Below are positions 15,197 to 17,820 of a stretch of 17,820 bases of DNA, in pieces; the stretch's first letter is position 1; each line of letters begins with the position of its first letter. The stretch comes from Candidatus Eiseniibacteriota bacterium (GTDB taxonomy: Bacteria > Eisenbacteria > RBG-16-71-46 > JABDJR01 > JAWXBZ01): contig JAWXBZ010000082.1 in assembly GCA_034440375.1 (NCBI GenBank), positions 1 to 17,820 on the forward strand, in the 5' to 3' direction. A model generated the notes under the pieces. That model had not been told where the DNA came from. It was given only the letters and a program-made list of their open reading frames with translations, and did not search any database. The translations under genes were made by a program, and so were the position numbers.

Positions 15197-15784
15197 ATGG
15201 ACGACAGCATGAACACCAGCATCGACAGGGCCGAACTTGGGCAGCGCGTGCGGGATGCCCGTCATCGGCGCGGCATGACGCTCAAGGATCTGGATCAGGC
15301 GGCGGGTCTCTCCGCCACGCACATCTCGGAGATCGAGCGTGGCAAGACCTCGCCGACGATCGGAGTCCTGATCCGGATCGCCGGGGCCCTGGGACGGGAG
15401 GCTTCGTACTTCGTCGAACCGGAAGTACTGCCGGATGTGTCAATCACAAGGGCGAGCGATCGCGTGGCCAGCAATTTCGGCCCGGCACGGATTCGCGTTG
15501 AGACATCCGGCATACCCGGCGGGCGGTTGCAGGCGGTCAGCCTGAGCCTCGATGGGGATCGCAATCCCCTGGTAATCGGTCGGGGCGAGGGCTCGTTGGG
15601 CGCCTTCGTTCTCTCGGGCTCCATCCGGTTCGAAACCGGTGCCGGCGTCCAGGTCCTGGAACCCGGCGATTCCATTTATGTGCGCCTGGAGGAGCCGATT
15701 CGAATCGCCAGTACTGGCGGTCCGGCGGAACTCTTCGCCGTGACCACGGCCCCTCTCGAACCGGGCGACGGGGACACCCCCTAG
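15197..15784 (+). CDS. Second XRE-family HTH plus degenerate cupin regulator
   Basis: MTLKDLDQAAGLSATHISEIERGKTSPTIGVL HTH; LEPGDSIY cupin; ATG 15197 after GAGG/GAGGG. Confidence 0.9.
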   Translation: MDDSMNTSIDRAELGQRVRDARHRRGMTLKDLDQAAGLSATHISEIERGKTSPTIGVLIRIAGALGREASYFVEPEVLPDVSITRASDRVASNFGPARIRVETSGIPGGRLQAVSLSLDGDRNPLVIGRGEGSLGAFVLSGSIRFETGAGVQVLEPGDSIYVRLEEPIRIASTGGPAELFAVTTAPLEPGDGDTP

Positions 15785-15812
15785 GAAGGCGGATGCAACC
15801 CGGTTCAATTCC

Positions 15813-16610
15813 TCAGCGAATTCCCCGCCGTTTCGCTTCGTTCCAGAGCGCGTCCATTTCTGCCAGGTCGCTGGTCGACGGAGTCCTGCCGATCCTGGCC
15901 AGTTCTTCCTCAATGAACCGGAAGCGGTTCATGAACTTGGTGATCGTACCGCGGAGCGCCAGCTCCGGATCAACGCGGACGTATCGGGCCAGGTTGACGA
16001 CCGAGTAGAGGACGTCGCCGATCTCGTCCTGTCGGCGAGTGTTCGCCCCAGCGGTATCGTCGTCCAGGGTCGCCTCGAACTCTGCTATTTCCTCGCGAAG
16101 CTTGGCCAGCGCGCCCCGGATGTCCACCCATTCGAACCGCACCGCCGCGGCCTTTTCCTGGATCCGGTAGGCCGTCGTGAGGGCGGCCAGACCGGTGGGT
16201 CGTCGACCGAGCGTGGTGGTCGACTTCGATTCGGATTTCTTGATTTCCTCCCACTGAGCCACGGCGTCCGCCGTCCCGTTCACGGCCACTTCGCCGAATA
16301 CATGCGGGTGGCGACGGATCAGCTTGTCTGATGCGCCGTCGAGGATGGTAACGAGATCAAGGGCGAGTCCCTGCTTTTGCCCCAGCGCGGCAGCGAATAC
16401 GAGAAGATAGAAGAGATCACCCATCTCCTCGGCCAGGGAAGGGCCGTCAAAGGAGGCGATCGCGTCGAGAACCTCGTGCAGCTCTTCCTGCAGGTATGGG
16501 GTGATCGTCTCGAGGGTCTGCTCACGGTCCCAGGGGCATCCATCATCGGCCATCAGACGCCGGCAGATGCCCACGAGCCGCAAAAGCGATCGCGGGGAGT
16601 CGTCGGTCAT
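15813..16610 (-). CDS. mazG: Nucleoside triphosphate pyrophosphohydrolase MazG
   Basis: GCPWDREQT, EELHEV, EEMGD, KLIRRHPHVF, WEEIK, and second-domain EEIAE, DEIGD, KFMNRFRFIE. Start at ATG 16610. Confidence 0.95.
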   Translation of the reverse strand: MTDDSPRSLLRLVGICRRLMADDGCPWDREQTLETITPYLQEELHEVLDAIASFDGPSLAEEMGDLFYLLVFAAALGQKQGLALDLVTILDGASDKLIRRHPHVFGEVAVNGTADAVAQWEEIKKSESKSTTTLGRRPTGLAALTTAYRIQEKAAAVRFEWVDIRGALAKLREEIAEFEATLDDDTAGANTRRQDEIGDVLYSVVNLARYVRVDPELALRGTITKFMNRFRFIEEELARIGRTPSTSDLAEMDALWNEAKRRGIR

Positions 16611-16616
16611 CCGGTC

Positions 16617-16625
16617 AAGATAGCA
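16617..16625 (-). promoter_or_regulatory. Extended -10 element of a probable leaderless mazG transcript
   Basis: TG-C-TATCTT-gaccgg-ATG on the minus strand. Confidence 0.55.
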
Positions 16626-16717
16626 TGACAACAGTGGCCGACCCGCGCCGGGCTTGATGGCCCCCGGCACCGGTGTGATACTTCGCCTTTGATTTCCGCC
16701 CGCCCCCCCGGAGATTC

Positions 16718-17820
16718 ATGGACTTCCCGACCTGGGTTGAAATCGATCTTGACCGGCTCGACCGGAACCTCCGATCGCTGGTCCTCCTTGCCGGCCAGGA
16801 CGTCTCAATCCTGTTCGTCGTCAAGGCGGATGGCTACGGCCTGGGCGCCGTGGAAGTCGGGCGTTCGGCCATTGCCTCCGGTGCCTCCTTCCTCGGCGTG
16901 GCCACGCTGCACGAGGGAATCGAGCTTCGCCAGGCCGGCATCGAGACGCCGATCGTCATACTTTCCCCGAACTTCGAGGGGGAGTTTCCCGAGGTGCTCG
17001 CCTGGCGCCTCCGGCCGACACTGTCGACGCTCGAGCAGGCGGCGCACCTGGCCTGTGCGGCCCGTGGTGGGGGGGAGGCGTGGCCGGCGCATGTCGAGGT
17101 CGACACCGGCATGGGTCGAACCGGGTTCGATTTCGCCGAGGCTCATGAGTCGATACGGCGGATCGCCGGCATGCCGGAGATCCTGATCGATGGCATCTTC
17201 ACCCACTTTCCGGACAGCGACGGACCCGATCGGTCCTTTACGAGTACTCAGGTCGACCGGTTCGGCCAGTTGCTTGCCTCGCTCGAGCAGGAGGGAATCC
17301 GCCCGCGTTGGCGCCACGCCGCCAACACCGCCGGTCTGCTCGCATTTCCGGAATCACGATTCAACATGGTCCGCCCGGGTCTCGGTGTCCTCGGTCTCGT
17401 GCCGTCGGCCCATGTCCCGATGGCCTGTCCGATCGAGCCGGTCGTATCGCTCCATGCCCGGCTGGCACAGATCCGATCCGTGCCCGCGGGCCAGAACATT
17501 TCGTACGGCACAACATTCGTCACCCGCCGTCCCTCGCGGATCGGCGTCACCACCATCGGCTATGGGCACGGGCTGCCGCGGCGGCTCTCGAATCGGGGCG
17601 AGATGGTCGTCAGTGGTCATCGCGTGCCGATCGTCGGGCGCGTGACCATGGACCTGACGATGGTCGATCTCACCGACCATCCCGGCGCCATGGTTGGCGA
17701 AGAGGTCGTCGTCTTCGGTGCGCCGGCCGCGGCCGGCAGCGCGGTGGAATCGATTACGCTCGAGGAAGTGGCGGCCTGGGCCGAGACGATCACGTGGGAA
17801 ATCCTCTGTCAGATCGACAA
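16718..17820 (+). CDS. alr: Alanine racemase (3' end just beyond the window)
   Basis: Not in the ORF track; translated by hand from ATG 16718 (GGAG RBS): MDFPTWVEIDL...VVKADGYGLG...HVEVDTGMGRTG...IFTHF...HAANTAG...MVRPGL...ISYG...IGYGHG...GRVTMD...ETITWEILC, open to the edge. Confidence 0.95.
   Translation, partial: MDFPTWVEIDLDRLDRNLRSLVLLAGQDVSILFVVKADGYGLGAVEVGRSAIASGASFLGVATLHEGIELRQAGIETPIVILSPNFEGEFPEVLAWRLRPTLSTLEQAAHLACAARGGGEAWPAHVEVDTGMGRTGFDFAEAHESIRRIAGMPEILIDGIFTHFPDSDGPDRSFTSTQVDRFGQLLASLEQEGIRPRWRHAANTAGLLAFPESRFNMVRPGLGVLGLVPSAHVPMACPIEPVVSLHARLAQIRSVPAGQNISYGTTFVTRRPSRIGVTTIGYGHGLPRRLSNRGEMVVSGHRVPIVGRVTMDLTMVDLTDHPGAMVGEEVVVFGAPAAAGSAVESITLEEVAAWAETITWEILCQID

Noticed and set aside
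17069-17075. G7 run in alr, and a C7 run at 16703-16709
   Set aside because: Short runs are common at this GC content and the alr frame is intact.
16805-17680. ORF-track calls in the alr region
   Set aside because: Shadow ORFs; the true alr frame was missed because its stop codon lies outside the window.
1-17820. CRISPR arrays, tRNAs, transposases, integrases or defence genes
   Set aside because: None recognisable; mazG is the ordinary tandem-domain housekeeping type.

Overview
GC-rich bacterial window (about 60-65% GC by eye), probably diderm because it encodes a secreted beta-barrel protein; no rRNA, tRNA, CRISPR or mobile element was seen. From left to right: (1) a translationally coupled minus-strand type II fatty-acid-synthase accessory cluster (FabL-type reductase, FabG, extended ACP, fused double-hotdog dehydratase, FabF-type ketosynthase and a second ketosynthase cut by the edge), with a crotonase/isomerase gene upstream; (2) a four-gene operon of uncharacterised membrane proteins led by a DUF6754-like gene, with a divergent small membrane protein; (3) an AT-rich spacer holding a sigma-54 promoter motif about 70 nt upstream of an intrinsic terminator, suggesting an unannotated sRNA; (4) a two-gene, apparently split DUF5686-like outer-membrane module head-to-head with rsgA; (5) a 3D-domain cell-wall protein whose promoter spacer contains a C10 tract; (6) an agmatinase followed by two paralogous XRE-cupin regulators; (7) mazG and a nearly complete alr. 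Several genes appear leaderless (TANNNT-N6-ATG). Family calls come from motif recognition, not database searches.
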